Shown here: piece by piece, positions 48,413 through 61,024 of the stretch
How positions within the stretch are numbered: the stretch's first letter is position 1
Layout of the letters: every line of letters starts with the position of its first letter
Assembly (NCBI GenBank): GCA_010405405.1
Contig: MU004231.1
Location: forward strand, 2,846,401 to 2,910,400
Length of the DNA stretch: 64,000 nt
Origin: Microthyrium microscopicum
Lineage: Eukaryota
Reading direction: 5' to 3'
Notes under the pieces: generated by a model
Database searches by the model: none
Told to the model about the DNA's origin: nothing
The model's input: only the letters and a program-made list of their open reading frames with translations
Made by a program: the position numbers and the translations under genes

Positions 48413-49649
48413 TTAGCTCGTAATAGCTTCACCAGTTTCACTGACCAAATGATGATCAATCTTCTGTGGTCCCTCGCCAACGCCGGTCAGAATTACCCTG
48501 CTAATACCCTCTTTGAGCGTACTAGCGATAGACTCATCCAAGGGAGTAGCAGACGAAGCTTGGATAGCCTGTCCACGCCTGACTTGCCAACCGTCAATAT
48601 GGGACAGAAAGCTCTTGAAGAGACCAGCCACCAGTCCCTCATTCTCAGCTAGGTAGTAGATGACTGCATTTGGGCCAGCATCGAACGTATATGCCGCCAC
48701 GTCCTTCCCAGCCGCTCTGTTGATCGCCTCCACTGCGCGCACTGCTGCCCTCGACGTATCATTCATGTAAAACGTGGGCGGATATGTGTCCAAACAGGTC
48801 GCGTGGAATCCATTACTATCCTGCATCGTAATGCGCGCAAAATCTTCAAAGTTTTTGGAAGCAATTGCCTTCTTCATCTCTTCCATGCGCTGTGGCACAA
48901 TCGTGTTCGCGCGCAATGGAAATAATGTGGAGGTTTTGACTGTCAACTGCATGCCTTCCGTGCTGCCAACGTCCTTCTTCAATGCGCTCGCGACAAGGAT
49001 TACGGCGCGCATTTCCGGCCAATGCGACGCGGGTGCGACTTCTACGGCCAAACTATCTGATCCATCGGCCTTTTCGCCAGCTTGCCATGCCACATAACCG
49101 CCGAAAAGGGAGCGGCAGGCAGAACCAGATCCTTGGCGCGCGATTATGCTCAAATCAGATGGGTTGGCGGGTAGCTCGTAGAGGTTGGCGATTGCGCGGA
49201 TTAGAGCGGCGAAACCGGCGGCACTGGAGGCTAGGCCCGCGGCGGTGGGGAAGTTGTTGACAGAAACAATTCTTAGGGGGAAAGTGGAGAGTTTGGGGAG
49301 GTTGGAATTGGCTTCTTCGAGAGCGGCGCGTTGCGAGCGCAGAGCTTTAAGGCAGGCTTGTGTTCGGGGAGTCTCGAGAGTTTGAGGCGCGGAGTTCAGG
49401 AGAAGGGAGTCAGCGGTGGTGTATGAGGCGGAGCATGATGCAGTTGTGGTGGTGCAGAGATCAGCTTGCGATAGAGTTACGGAGAGGGAGGAGTTGGTAG
49501 GTAGATTGAGCTTTGCGTCGCGTTTTCCCCAATATCTGTGGTTGTTAAGAGCTGATCGAGAGAAATCCAATTATGTGGAACACTGACTTGATGACTGCGA
49601 TATTGACAGGCGCAGTTGTGCTGGCCCGGTAGATGGTTTGATCTGCCAT
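48413..49649 (-). CDS. MVD1: Diphosphomevalonate decarboxylase
   Basis: TTAPVNIAVIK / YWGKRD, NNFPTAAGLASSAAG, RQGSGSACRS, YTFDAGPNAV. Confidence 0.97.
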
Positions 49650-50133
49650 GACTAGATCGATTTGTAAACAGTTTGAGAGTGCAATTGGGTGGAAGTTGAG
49701 TTAGGGAAGGCAAGAATCGCAAACCGCAAGAATCGAGTCGGTGAGAAGAAGGTTGGGTTCTAGATCTTGATGTGGAAGGCTGGACAAGGATTAAGAATAG
49801 CTGTTTTTGCACTAACCAGCGCATTCGGCAGACAGTCCAGGTGAGTCAAAACACTTTTTTATTCTACATGCTGCATTCGAATCAGAATGATTACCAGGAA
49901 TATGAAACTGATCATGCTGTGAGCCTGTGATCATACATAAAGCAACTCGTGGGTACCTGTATCTTACTATCTCGAAATCGCTTCCCAATGCGGCGGGTAG
50001 CGACGGATCGGCCCGTCATTGTTCTCGGAATCTCGGTATCCCGACTAAACCTAAACATATCATCTCGTGCTTGAAATTCTTCGGACCAGTTGTCGAGCGC
50101 AAGACAGCTAAATACCCCCAAACATATAACACA

Positions 50134-50901
50134 ATGGTGCAAAGTCAGGAAGCAGAAGCAGACGCATGTCCGGTCGATCACAAAACCCGTGCCGCCTGGC
50201 TAGAAAAAGCCAAAAGCGCGCCTCATCCTCTACCACCCGCTCCCAATTCGCTACCATCGGCTTCTGAAGGCCAAAATTGCGACTCGAGTACAATGGACCA
50301 GACTACAAAATCACCTACACTTACGAACCTACCTGGCGCTTCAAAGCTAGCAAAGGATCGCGAGATCTCAACAATACCGCGCGCCCTCCCACAAGCTGGC
50401 GTTTCCCCTTCACAACCTGCCGCGAATAGTCAAGGAGAGACTGGAACATCAAAGTCTGGCCATTGGATATACCCTTCAGAGCGCATGTTCTTTGATGCTC
50501 TGAAACGGAAAAACTACGACGCCAACGCGCAAGATATGCGATCGATAGTACCGATACATAATGCTGTGAATGAGAAGGCATGGCAGGAAATACTGGCTTG
50601 GGAGAAAGGGCGAGGCGGAGATTCGTGTGGAGGGCCACGTTTGGAGTCATTTAGCGGATTGAGTACTCAGCTTACGCCGCGAGCGAGGTTCAATACTCTT
50701 ATGGGATATCATGCGCCATTCGATAGACACGATTGGGTCGTGGATCGATGTGGGACGAAGGTGGAATATGTGATTGACTTTTATAGTGGCAAAGATGATG
50801 GCAAGTCTGGAAAGCCGTTGAACTTTTATTTGGATGTTCGGCCGAAATTGAATACTGTGGAAGGCTGGAAGACGAGGTTTGGAGGGATGTTTGGGCTGTG
50901 A
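50134..50901 (+). CDS. CYT2: Holocytochrome c-type synthase (probably cytochrome c1 heme lyase)
   Basis: CPVDH heme-regulatory motif, REISTIPR, WIYPSE, IHNAVNE.AW, PFDRHDWVVDRCG, YVIDFY, LDVRP. Confidence 0.88.
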   Translation: MVQSQEAEADACPVDHKTRAAWLEKAKSAPHPLPPAPNSLPSASEGQNCDSSTMDQTTKSPTLTNLPGASKLAKDREISTIPRALPQAGVSPSQPAANSQGETGTSKSGHWIYPSERMFFDALKRKNYDANAQDMRSIVPIHNAVNEKAWQEILAWEKGRGGDSCGGPRLESFSGLSTQLTPRARFNTLMGYHAPFDRHDWVVDRCGTKVEYVIDFYSGKDDGKSGKPLNFYLDVRPKLNTVEGWKTRFGGMFGL

Positions 50902-51147
50902 TAGATCCATCGAGGTCGCATTGTAACACCATCTCCCCTTGTATAATACACTCATAGAATTAGACGGATTAGTCCTCACGACCTCACCATCTCTACAGCA
51001 CACTCAAGCAGCTAAGTCGAATACGCACTGGTTAGTGAATTCATGCTTCTAGGAGCGAGCTATAAACAAATTGCTCAGACAACGCAAACCAACGCCATTC
51101 CAAGCCTGGTATCCAACGCCGCCATACAACAAACGCACAAGACACAC

Positions 51148-53522
51148 TCAAGGGCTCTCTAGACCAACATTTTCAGCCTCCCACTTCTTCGCCTTGAGGA
51201 CTCGCTGCTTCTTGATCATCTTCGTCGGCGTCTTGAGCATATTCTCCCGCTCAAGCATCTCAATACGCGCCAACAACCTCCGGTTCTCCTCCTCAGCCTC
51301 CTTCAACTTGGTCTCTGCGCTATTGTCATTTGTGACAGTGACTTTCGCATCTTCATCCTCGTACACTTCCACCTCACGCGTCATGATATCAATCTTTGCG
51401 TCCAGTCGCTCATCATTATAATCAGCTTCCGCATCCAACGCCGCCTTCCACCGTCTTCGCTCAGTCTCGATCTGATTCTGCATCTCCTCATAGCACTCAT
51501 CGCGGATTTCTTGCTCGAGGGCTGCCATGCGCTCTTCACTCGCGGCCCAGCATGTCTCGGCATCTTCGCGGCGGGCGCGTTGATCGTCGAGTTGTAGAGT
51601 CAAGATGTCTAGCTCGTCATTGAGGCGGGCGATTTCAGCATCTTTGAGTTCCATTTCTTCTAGATATGCGGCAGAGGGCGTATCTCTCCCGCTTGGACCA
51701 TCTCGTGTACCTGGCCGTGTCGTATTACCGTGGCCGCCGGATAGGATTTGGCTGGTTATGGATGGGATGCGAGGGATGGTCACTTCGCGAGCTAGGGCGG
51801 AGTACCGGAGCATTTGTGATGTGGCGTTGAAGTCGCCAGTAGCATCGCCGGCGACAACCATGATAGCTTTTTGAGGATGTCGGTGCTGGTAGTAGTAGTG
51901 ATTGTGGTGATGGTGTTGTTGGGCGACTATGTGTGCTGAAGGGAAGGAGTTGGAGAATAGAACTTCGGTGAGCTTGCATTGGCGGTATGGAACAATGTTG
52001 GCTTTTTGGCCCTCGGATGTGCCGCTTTGCATCATTTGCATGCATTGCCCGAGATACATCAGGCTTTCGTTGATTTTGCCAGCTTCGACGAGTGTGGCGC
52101 CGGCGGTGTTGGCTTGTCGGGCTCGTTCAGAGCCTGTGATTGTTAGCATAAATCGTTTCCAAGAGATGCATGAGATACATACCAGCTAGATCAACAATGG
52201 TCAATGTTTGACCTTCCCATCGGCCCTTTTCAATCCGATTGCGTTTCTTCACTTCGACACAGAAGAAACCATGACTTCTCGAACTCACAGCATTGCTTCC
52301 AGTGCCCGCCACCTTGCGCTCCACCAACCCCGTCTCCAAAATCTGCAGTGCTTCATCGAGCGAGGAGCATACTATCTTCCTCAAGCCCGCCACCACCTTC
52401 CGAGCCGAACTCTTCTCAGTCGACTTGAACGGCACGCTCGGACGTTTCGGAAATCCACGTTTTGCCTGACTTACACTAGAAACCAGCAAATCGTAAATCT
52501 TATCGTTGTAAACCTCATACATCGACACGACAATCACGTACTCCGCCGCCGGGTCAACCGGTACCTGAAAGCCATCGACATTCGGGCTCTGCGCCATCAT
52601 CGAGGGCCGCGGAAGTTTCTGCTTCGAAGGCATATGTACGCTGAGATACGACGCATCCTTTGTTGGGTTAAACACAGCTTTTGTCAAGAATGCCAATGTT
52701 GGCTTTAGAAGAGAGAATTTTGGCGACTTGGAAGGAGACATTTTTGTGTGAAACACTTTTGATGCAGACATCTTTGAGGGGAGAACTTCTTTGGCATCCT
52801 CTGGCAGGTCTGTGAAATACTTCGGTGACTTGCCAGAGGTAGACAGAGGGCTCTTGGCTGAGGAAGAAATTGGAGTGCCTACGGGCATGGGTGTTTGGGC
52901 GCGCGAGCAGCTGCCTCGTGTTGATTGTCCATCGCCGTACATGGAGTCGAGGAAAAGGGCGGCAGTCTGCATATGTGCGTCGGAGACGTCTGAGACAGCG
53001 ATGGAGGAGAGGACGGAGTTTATGCATGTGGGGTGGACGAGGTTGTGGGATATGCTTTGGAAGAGGACGTCGAGTGCTAGTTGGGTGAGACCGCGTTGTG
53101 ATTTCGTTCCGAGGATCGTGTGGCTCTATACGAAGTGGTTAGACAGATCCTTGGTGAGATATTTGACGGTTTTGATCCTCTTATATTACCTTGCCAGATC
53201 CTGTTACACCAAGTGTGGCCAGTAGGCCATCTCGAGGTCTACCTTCTGCTCCTAAAACGCCTTCAAGCAAGGAAAGGATGCCGGTGCCTTGGAATAAATC
53301 AAGTTGTGATGCGTCTTCTTCGAATACTCGAGTAAACGCGAACTTCTCGACTGCTCGTTTGCGGTGATCGTTGACAGGCGGCTTTATGGTGATGTATCGC
53401 GGCCATTCGTTCGGCTCAGGAGGTTCCACGTCAAGGAAACGATCAGGATTCCCATTAAGCGATGGGCGCAGGCGTAAATACACATCGAACAAGTTCGGCG
53501 AGGATCGTGTTGAGCTATCCAT
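51148..53522 (-). CDS. Kinesin motor protein (kinesin-6-like), multi-exon
   Basis: VYLRLRP, GVTGSGK, SMYEVYND, NAVSSRSH, IVDLAG/SER, INESLMYLGQC, VPYRQCKLT; coiled-coil tail. Confidence 0.92.
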
Positions 53523-54288
53523 GATTTCTTAATTTGGGAGGAATAGCTGACGATATGGTTGTGGATAATTGGTGTGAGAGCTGTCAGGTTGAATGTTGAA
53601 TCTTTGGCAAGGGTTGAAAGTCGCACTTTCGGTAAACACTCCCGGTTGCCATCGCAACGTGCCACCACACATTTTGGGCTTCGTCATAACTTATCACCTC
53701 AACTCATCAAGAAACAGATACAATCAGGAACATTATCGTCAGGTCGCTGACAGTATAATTAGCCTCTTATCAAGCCGTGATAAGATTCAAACATCAACCT
53801 AATAACATGCGTAGATCGATCAAGTAGTCAAACGAGACGACAACAACCTCGAGTATCAGCCTCCAGGGCAGTCATTACTTGAGTCGACTTGATACTTTCC
53901 CACCACGAAGTGAATTCTACTCGCTTGTTCTAGTTCAGCGGCATAACTTTCTGGAATGTGGAGAGTCAGTCTGTGCCCCAGCTGCCCCAGTTGTGGGACA
54001 TTGCTTCAAATATATTGTCGGCAAACTATCAAACCTCAAATCGGCACTCCGAAATAAACCTAATCTTTCCGAAAGCACTTTTCCATTTCCCATCGGATAC
54101 TGTAAACAGGTCAAGTTGCGATGTAAGGGTACTTGGTCGGCAACCATATCTGCCGCATGGCTGACTACCAGGAGGGTGGGCGGTTCTTTTATATTCTTGG
54201 TCCTCCTTCTTATATGCCATTATAACGATTTTGTGTGCTCGGGTTTCTTTTCATCTTCTAGTCTCTCATTCAAGTATCTTTTGCAATC

Positions 54289-55265
54289 ATGCGGTCCACA
54301 CTCATTTTGGGGCTTGCTTCGCTCGCTTTGGCTCAGAAAGGAAAGGTTGATCCAGGTGGAACTCCAGGAAACCGAGGACCGAACACTGGTATATTTCATG
54401 AAGTTATATGATAGATCGATATACTGATATGTCCGCTCAGAAAATGATCTTTCTACCGGCGGATGCCGTGATGTTTACTTTATTATGGCTCGCGCATCCA
54501 CCGAGGCTGGAAATATGGTATTGATATCGTAACGAAATCGACAAACGAGAGGCTGACCAAATCAGGGGGGTTCGATGGGTCCCATCCTCTGCAAAGGCTT
54601 GAGAGCAGCCTATGGACAGAAAGTTGGCTGCCAGGGTGTCGGTAAAGCTACCCATCTTTCAGAAACATAGTTTGCTTAAACTGACTGTCTACAGGCGCAC
54701 CCTATACAGCAGCACTGGCAGATAATGCAAAGGCGAAAGGCACAACTGAAGAAGCCATCACGGAAGCGACGAAGATGTTCACTACAGCCCATAGCAAATG
54801 TCCAAAGGCTCTCATCGCATTCTGTGGCTACAGGCAAGTAAATCACATCATGTTAGGCCAATAGCTGACCCGTTTATAGCCAAGGAGCGGCTGTTATGCA
54901 TAACACAGTTCAGGTAACTTTCTCGTCTTCCGATTATATTCGAAACTTATTGACATATCTTATAGGCTCTCCCAGAGGATGTTAAGAAGCAGGTAGTCGG
55001 CGGAGTCACATTCGGCGACACCAGAGCCAAGCAAGATGGATTCCAGATCAAGAACTACCCCAAGGATAATATCATGATCTTCTGCGCCAAAGAGAACAAT
55101 CCTCCAGACAGCGCATGCGAAGGCAAAGGACCAAACTCTGCACATTTCCTGTACACGACCAATGGAGAGGGACCAATAGCACTTGACTTTCTTAAGAAGA
55201 AGATTGATGGCGCTCTCGGAGGACGTCAAATGGTTAAGAAGCGAGGACCAAGCGTGCTCGGGTAA
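54289..55265 (+). CDS. Secreted cutinase (CE5), six exons
   Basis: MRSTLILGLASLALA signal peptide; C.DV.FIMARASTEAGNMG, CQGVG..Y.A, KCP..GYSQGAA, VTFGD, C...D..C, AH. Confidence 0.92.
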
Positions 55266-55600
55266 TCCACATGAGCTTAAGTTTCATGGATATGTATCAT
55301 CAAACAGAATATATCTTGGTCGTAAACGAGTTCGAATTGTTGCAAATCGCAAAGATCATAACTTGTGCGCATGCGACTACCAGAAAGCCACTTCCTATCT
55401 CATGCAAACTACCAGACTTCGCAATGGAGGAAAAGATTCCTTCATCTATAACTTGGCATGATTTCCCCCGAGAATGCCAAAGCTACCACAAAAGCAGAAA
55501 CCAAACCAAAGAACCATAAAACCTCCCACAATCAACCCACCGCCCCTATCCCATATAATTCAACCAAACTTCCCTCCCACCCAAATCACGCCATTCCCCT

Positions 55601-56068
55601 CTACCAACCCCACGTCCTCAAATGCTCCAAATGATCCATATAACTCAACGGAGGATACGCATTCTGCTGATCCGCCTGATACGTCGCATTAGCCATATCC
55701 CGGCCCTGAGCCACACAGCACTCCCTAAACGCCTTGTGGCTATCCAATATATACACCGCCCGATCGACTACTCCACACCCTTCATAGTCGCCAGTAAATT
55801 TTAGGCCGGGGAGACGGATGGCGTCGCAGCAGTAGGCGGTCATGGGCGGGTCGCGCCAGAGGGTGGGCCCGCGGCTGGAGTTGTGGACGGGTTTGGTGCA
55901 GTGCATGCGCACGGGGTAGGTGCCGTTGATGAGGCCTTGGTTGGGGACTTTGGGGGGGATGGCGACGATGTCTGTGTAGCCCGGGAATGTGGAGTGGTTG
56001 GGCTGGGGGAGGGGAGTGCTGGTTATGAGAGGAGTGAGGGACGGGAGGGCGAGGAGGGAGAGTTTCAT
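55601..56068 (-). CDS. Small secreted cysteine-containing protein (effector-like)
   Basis: 155 aa, signal-peptide-like N-terminus, six Cys (C, CC, C, CC). Confidence 0.65.
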   Translation of the reverse strand: MKLSLLALPSLTPLITSTPLPQPNHSTFPGYTDIVAIPPKVPNQGLINGTYPVRMHCTKPVHNSSRGPTLWRDPPMTAYCCDAIRLPGLKFTGDYEGCGVVDRAVYILDSHKAFRECCVAQGRDMANATYQADQQNAYPPLSYMDHLEHLRTWGW

Positions 56069-56097
56069 GGTTGGTGGTGGTGGTGGTGGTGGTGGTG
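56069..56097. repeat. (GGT)n microsatellite
   Basis: ggtggtggt... run directly upstream of the 56068 start codon. Confidence 0.85.
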
Positions 56098-56186
56098 ATT
56101 GTGATGGTCGACTGGAGGATCTGCCGGCTTGATTTGTTGGAGGGTGGTGAGTTGTTCTTTGTCTTGTAGTAGATGTGTGCGTTTCA

Positions 56187-56223
56187 ATATGAATATATAT
56201 GAATATATATATATATATATATG
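56187..56223. repeat. Interrupted (AT)n microsatellite
   Basis: atatgaatatatatgaatatatatatatatatatat. Confidence 0.85.
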
Positions 56224-56620
56224 GAAGACTGAAATCGTTTGGTAAGAAAGAATCATGGAACTATTGATACTAGCGGGTATAGAGTAAGGCTTGACTTTTC
56301 TGGTACCCAGTACCATTGTTGATTACTCGATCGACCTGCAAAAGAAAACGATATATCATCTGTCAAGGAGATATCATTGCTTCATATATAAGTTGCAGTG
56401 GACAAAAAAGTAAAGAATCTCAGCTGCGTAGCCTCATATCTAATGGCGCTTGAGTGAATAATACTATTAATACAACACGCATCTATAGTCCGAGAATCCA
56501 GTCAGCGGAGGAGAATGACTTTAAAAGCTCAAAAACGCCAAGTCATCGTCTAATGGATGATCGTTGCCAGCAATAATGCAAATAAAAACGTAAAGGTCAT
56601 AAGGTTGGCGATAGATGGTT

Positions 56621-57197
56621 TCATGTAGTCGCATCGGGGGCAACTCCTTCAGCTTTTCGCATAGCGAGGTCGAGTTCCGATTGACTGAAAGGCGGCTTCG
56701 TAGTATCAGGTAAGACAACTGGCTCCATCACAGATTGTATTGGTTCCAATTCCGTTGTTCCATGTCCATCAGTCTTTGGGCCGTGCTGATGTAAACCGCT
56801 GGCTACAACACTCAAGTAAGTTTACTGCTCCCAATCATACGTTCAGTGAAATGCAGAACCTACCTCGTCGTCCCTTATCTATCGACGTGCTATATCGTGG
56901 ACCAAACGGCCCAGCCTCACTGCCCTGGCGACTAGGCATCCTCGAGCCCATGGGCGAATACTGGCTCGTCAGACTTTTTCTGCGCCATGCAGTCGCCCAT
57001 GAAAAGCTATCTAGCTTTTCCTTGTGCTCGGGCTGGACGGGTCGCCTGTATTTGTAAGGAATGCGTTCGCCAGGCTGGTAGTAGATCGGCGAGGACCTAT
57101 CTGAGGGGTTCGACGAGGAATTTGAGGTTTGTCGTGATGACGAGGAGTTTGAGCTCTTGCGTCGAAAGGTTTTCTTGATGCGCTCACGAAATGCCAT
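56621..57197 (-). CDS. Small hypothetical protein (two exons)
   Basis: MAFRERIKKTFRRK..YYQPGERIPYKYRRPV..EHKEKLDSFSW..SQYSPMGSRMPSR; intron ~56812-56859; ends PFSQSELDLAM. Confidence 0.7.
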
Positions 57198-57904
57198 GAC
57201 GTCGAGTATGTAACAGGTAAGTTGAGCAGGAAGCTTAGGGTGTCGGAGTGGCCGGGGTCTGGCAACAGTAGTGAGGATGGATTACAGCATACACCCAGCG
57301 AGCTTAGGATGCCTAGAATAAAGGGGCAATTGAGGAGATATATAAAATCTGGGGAAGTAGCGTCAGGGAGGATTGGAGGAAAAGGCAAGTCTGGATGGCT
57401 AAGACTGGCGGCAAGTTGGGGAAAGTGTACTAGATATACTTTGGTCGACTACTTTTAGTGTACTTTACGGGCGAGGCCTCCACCATGATACCATGAGATG
57501 GATGCAAGTTCGGAAGTGGCGCCGAACCTAGGGTGGGATTCTGGTGGACATGCTGCGCACTTGGGATCAGTTGGTTGAAGTTGGGGTGAGCTTATTTTTG
57601 ATGAGTTGCATCAGGAAAGAGGCAAAGTACGGGATCCAACCCCCATCAAGTCAGCCGGTTCCAGTTTCGGAGAGTTTTAACTGGATCTGAAGGATGGTTC
57701 TTCTTTGAGTGTTGGGAGTGACAAAATGCGCCCGCCCATTATTCTCAAGGTGCAACTGCATGCCATACGAAAGGCCCTACAGCCCCTGCAGCAGATCAGC
57801 GTCAGAGCATTGGATGGTTCGGAAGCGGTAACAGGCTTGCTAGAGAGCGCGAGAAGGGAACGGATGGAGAAGGTTAGGTTTAAACATTGAACACCAAGCC
57901 TATT

Positions 57905-58214
57905 GGGGACCGTTAGCAGCTCAGATTCTGCTCATATCTTTTGCTCGTTTTCTAACCAAAAGTAGACTGATTAGGCCTTTTGGGCTCTAGCCGATAACCT
58001 TATTGTTTCCACAAAATATTTAGGCTAAGTAGCTTCAAGCAGCTTAACCAATGATAAGCTACAAATAATGCCGCTATACCTTTTTGAGGAGGTCAGATCG
58101 AGGTCACGGCGCCAGACCTCAGCTCTAGCGCCGTGAGCTCGTTCTGACCTTCTAGCCTTTTTAGGTGAAGATCGCTAAACAATAAGAGCAGAATCTGAGC
58201 TGCTAACGGTCCCC
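57905..58214. mobile_element. 310-bp MITE, PIF/Harbinger-like (PHIS)
   Basis: Perfect 29-bp TIR GGGGACCGTTAGCAGCTCAGATTCTGCTC at both ends; 3-bp direct repeat ATT at 57902-57904 and 58215-58217; no ORF. Confidence 0.88.
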
Positions 58215-59340
58215 ATTACCGCACCTGTTCCGTAAGACCGTTTGGTTGCTAACATCAACATCCCACACACTGCAAACTGGAAGAAATGTCGCAGCACGTC
58301 GGCGACTTCCAGCTACCGTAGTCAAAAGGAACAACGGATCTCTTGGAAGTTGGTTTTAGGATCAGCTTGTCTCTTCTGCATGAGTGGGATCCAATAATCG
58401 ATGAACGGGTTATGGCTGTGGGCAGTCGCACAAGCGCCAGATTATGAGCTTGTACCAATCTTTACTCGTTGTGCATGGAAGAGGTTGTTATGCCTCATCG
58501 CAGCCGATCCAGACCAGGGCCTTTTGAGGTTATCTCTACAATGCAGTAATAGTGCAATTTATAGTTATGTACGCACTTTTAGACTGATAGTAGGTTAGTA
58601 GGTTGCTTTGAGTTGTCCAACACTGCCCAAGGATTATGGATCGTACAAGGTAGAAGATAGGCCGACACGTAATCTGTTGGAATGGGCAAAGTTCAAATGT
58701 TACCCTAGCACTGGAGGTGCAGATAAAGTTATGGATCAATGTTGGGGACCTACCTTTTTGGGCTGTCTCATCTTTCCAACATCACCAGAGCCACATCCCT
58801 TTCCATCCTATGGTGTTCGTGCACGTTATAGCGTCGAGCTTTTGACCAATGTCCTCACCAGATTTCAGCCAAATCACAACCTTATTTCGTATGAGAGGGG
58901 GCAGTTTTTGGTGAGAATTCGGGGCCAAGCTATCCCAAACAGGTTTGGTAAGGACGGTTGTGGCGGGTGTTGATAATTTAGCGTAGGATGGAAAGGGATG
59001 CCGCCAGCCAACACCCGCCCGAGCGAGTCGAGAAGTATCGGATAATTGTTGCCAATTACATCAAGATCCGATCGGGTGAGGTAGATGCACTGTGGTAGCT
59101 GTGATGCCTTCATTGGCTGAAACTCAGCTTTCAAGACGCTTGTGCAAATAGAGTAAGGTGGTAGAACGAACGTGCTTGCAAGGTTGAAGGCGCTGACAAG
59201 CTGCAAAAACCCCGCCAAGACTGCAGCTTGAATTTCGGGTCCGAGCAAAAGACTAAAAATTTCAGCGCTGAAGACGACACCGCACCCTCGAGCTGTATGC
59301 CATAGAGCTGTCATTGGTATAATTAGAACATTGCTGGGAC

Positions 59341-60825
59341 ATGTTTTCCGTTTCTGGATGGTCCGTTACGGCACCATTGAAGACACAAGCCGACGTCACC
59401 AAGATCCCCAATAAAGCAGAAGGCTCCAAAGGCACGAAACGGAAAAGAGATGGACCTAGTACTGTGACAGGCGACAATGTTGTTAGCTTATGGGAGCATC
59501 ATATTGAAGGCAAGAGTCCCAAGAAGAAAGCAAAGAAAAAGCCACGCAAAGAGAAAAGAGATGCCGCTCAGCAAGATGAAGCTCAGGACGAGAAGACTGC
59601 ACAGAACGGAGATGCTACCGAGAAAGAGACACCACAACAAAATTCTACGAAATCCAAATCGACATCTGTTGCAACAGTAGAAGAAGGCACGAAGAAGCAA
59701 CAGAAGAAAGAAAAGGCAAAGAGCAAGACCACCACCAAAGATCAGGACAAATCTCAGCTTCCATCGACTATCAAACCGAAAGCAAAGCCAGCCACAGAGC
59801 CAAAGCTCACGCCCCTTCAAGCTTCCATGCGAGCCAAGTTATCGTCTGCTAGATTTCGACATCTGAATGAACAGCTTTATACCACTCCATCTAACACTGC
59901 GCTTACGCTTTTTACCGAATCGCCTTCACTCTTTTCCGAATATCACGCTGGTTTTCGACAACAAGTTGAAGTGTGGCCAGAGAATCCTGTAGACGGCTAT
60001 ATATCAGACATTCGCACGCGAGGCAAACTACGACGAGCACCGAACCCCAACTCCTCTGTCAAATCTACACCACTCTCTTTTCCCCTGCCCAGAACCAAAG
60101 GAACCTGCACAGTTGCGGATCTCGGCTGTGGCGATGCTAGACTCTCCTCTGAGCTTCAGTCCAATTTTACACGCCTAAATCTCAAAGTACTGTCATTTGA
60201 TCTGCATTCGCCCAGTCCACTAGTCACCCGCGCTGACATTGCTGCTCTTCCATTACCCGATGGTGCAGTCGATGTCGCCATCTACTGCCTGGCCTTGATG
60301 GGCACCAACTGGCTCGACTTTATCGACGAGGCATGTCGAGTACTGCGCTGGCATGGTGAGCTGTGGATAGCAGAGATCAAGAGCCGATTCAGTCGTGCCA
60401 AGGAGAGGTCAGTTGGAGGAATTGGAGCTGTTCGCCAGGACTCTTCCAACAAGAAGAATCGGAAAAATCAAGATGAAACAGAGGAACTGTTGGAGGAGGA
60501 AGCTGATGGCTCTGCAGAGGCCAAGCGGGAAACGGATGTTAGTGGTTTTGTTGAAGCTCTTCGAAAACGCGGCTTTGTTCTTGCTGGAGATGAACGACAG
60601 GCGGTGGACATGACGAATAAGATGTTTGTCAAATTGCGGTTCATGAAAGCTGTTAAGCCGACTCGGGGTAAGAACGTTAGTGCTGAAGAAGAGGAAGAGC
60701 CTTCGAAAGCGGGCACTCAATGGCAGAAGAAGGATAAGAAGAAGAAGTTCATTGATGACAAGGGGCCAGAAATTGGCGAGGACGAGGGGAAGATTCTCAA
60801 ACCGTGTGTTTACAAGCTACGATGA
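59341..60825 (+). CDS. RRP8: 25S rRNA adenine-N1 methyltransferase Rrp8
   Basis: ARFRHLNEQLYT, YHAGFRQQV..WPENPVD, ADLGCGDA, CLALMGTNW, LWIAEIKSRF, LKPCVYKLR. Confidence 0.96.
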   Translation: MFSVSGWSVTAPLKTQADVTKIPNKAEGSKGTKRKRDGPSTVTGDNVVSLWEHHIEGKSPKKKAKKKPRKEKRDAAQQDEAQDEKTAQNGDATEKETPQQNSTKSKSTSVATVEEGTKKQQKKEKAKSKTTTKDQDKSQLPSTIKPKAKPATEPKLTPLQASMRAKLSSARFRHLNEQLYTTPSNTALTLFTESPSLFSEYHAGFRQQVEVWPENPVDGYISDIRTRGKLRRAPNPNSSVKSTPLSFPLPRTKGTCTVADLGCGDARLSSELQSNFTRLNLKVLSFDLHSPSPLVTRADIAALPLPDGAVDVAIYCLALMGTNWLDFIDEACRVLRWHGELWIAEIKSRFSRAKERSVGGIGAVRQDSSNKKNRKNQDETEELLEEEADGSAEAKRETDVSGFVEALRKRGFVLAGDERQAVDMTNKMFVKLRFMKAVKPTRGKNVSAEEEEEPSKAGTQWQKKDKKKKFIDDKGPEIGEDEGKILKPCVYKLR

Positions 60826-61024
60826 GCACGATTATGTATTACTCGGAATACAGTGATTCTCTCCATTACAATTGCTTCTTCATACTAGGACTGAAAGATC
60901 AAATATCTCCATTTGCCGTGCGTGGTATCTGTACTATCATCCAATTCATATCCCTTTTCGTCCCACATTATATCCTCCAATCATTCATATCTCATAACCA
61001 TCCATATCATCACAATTCAACCCA

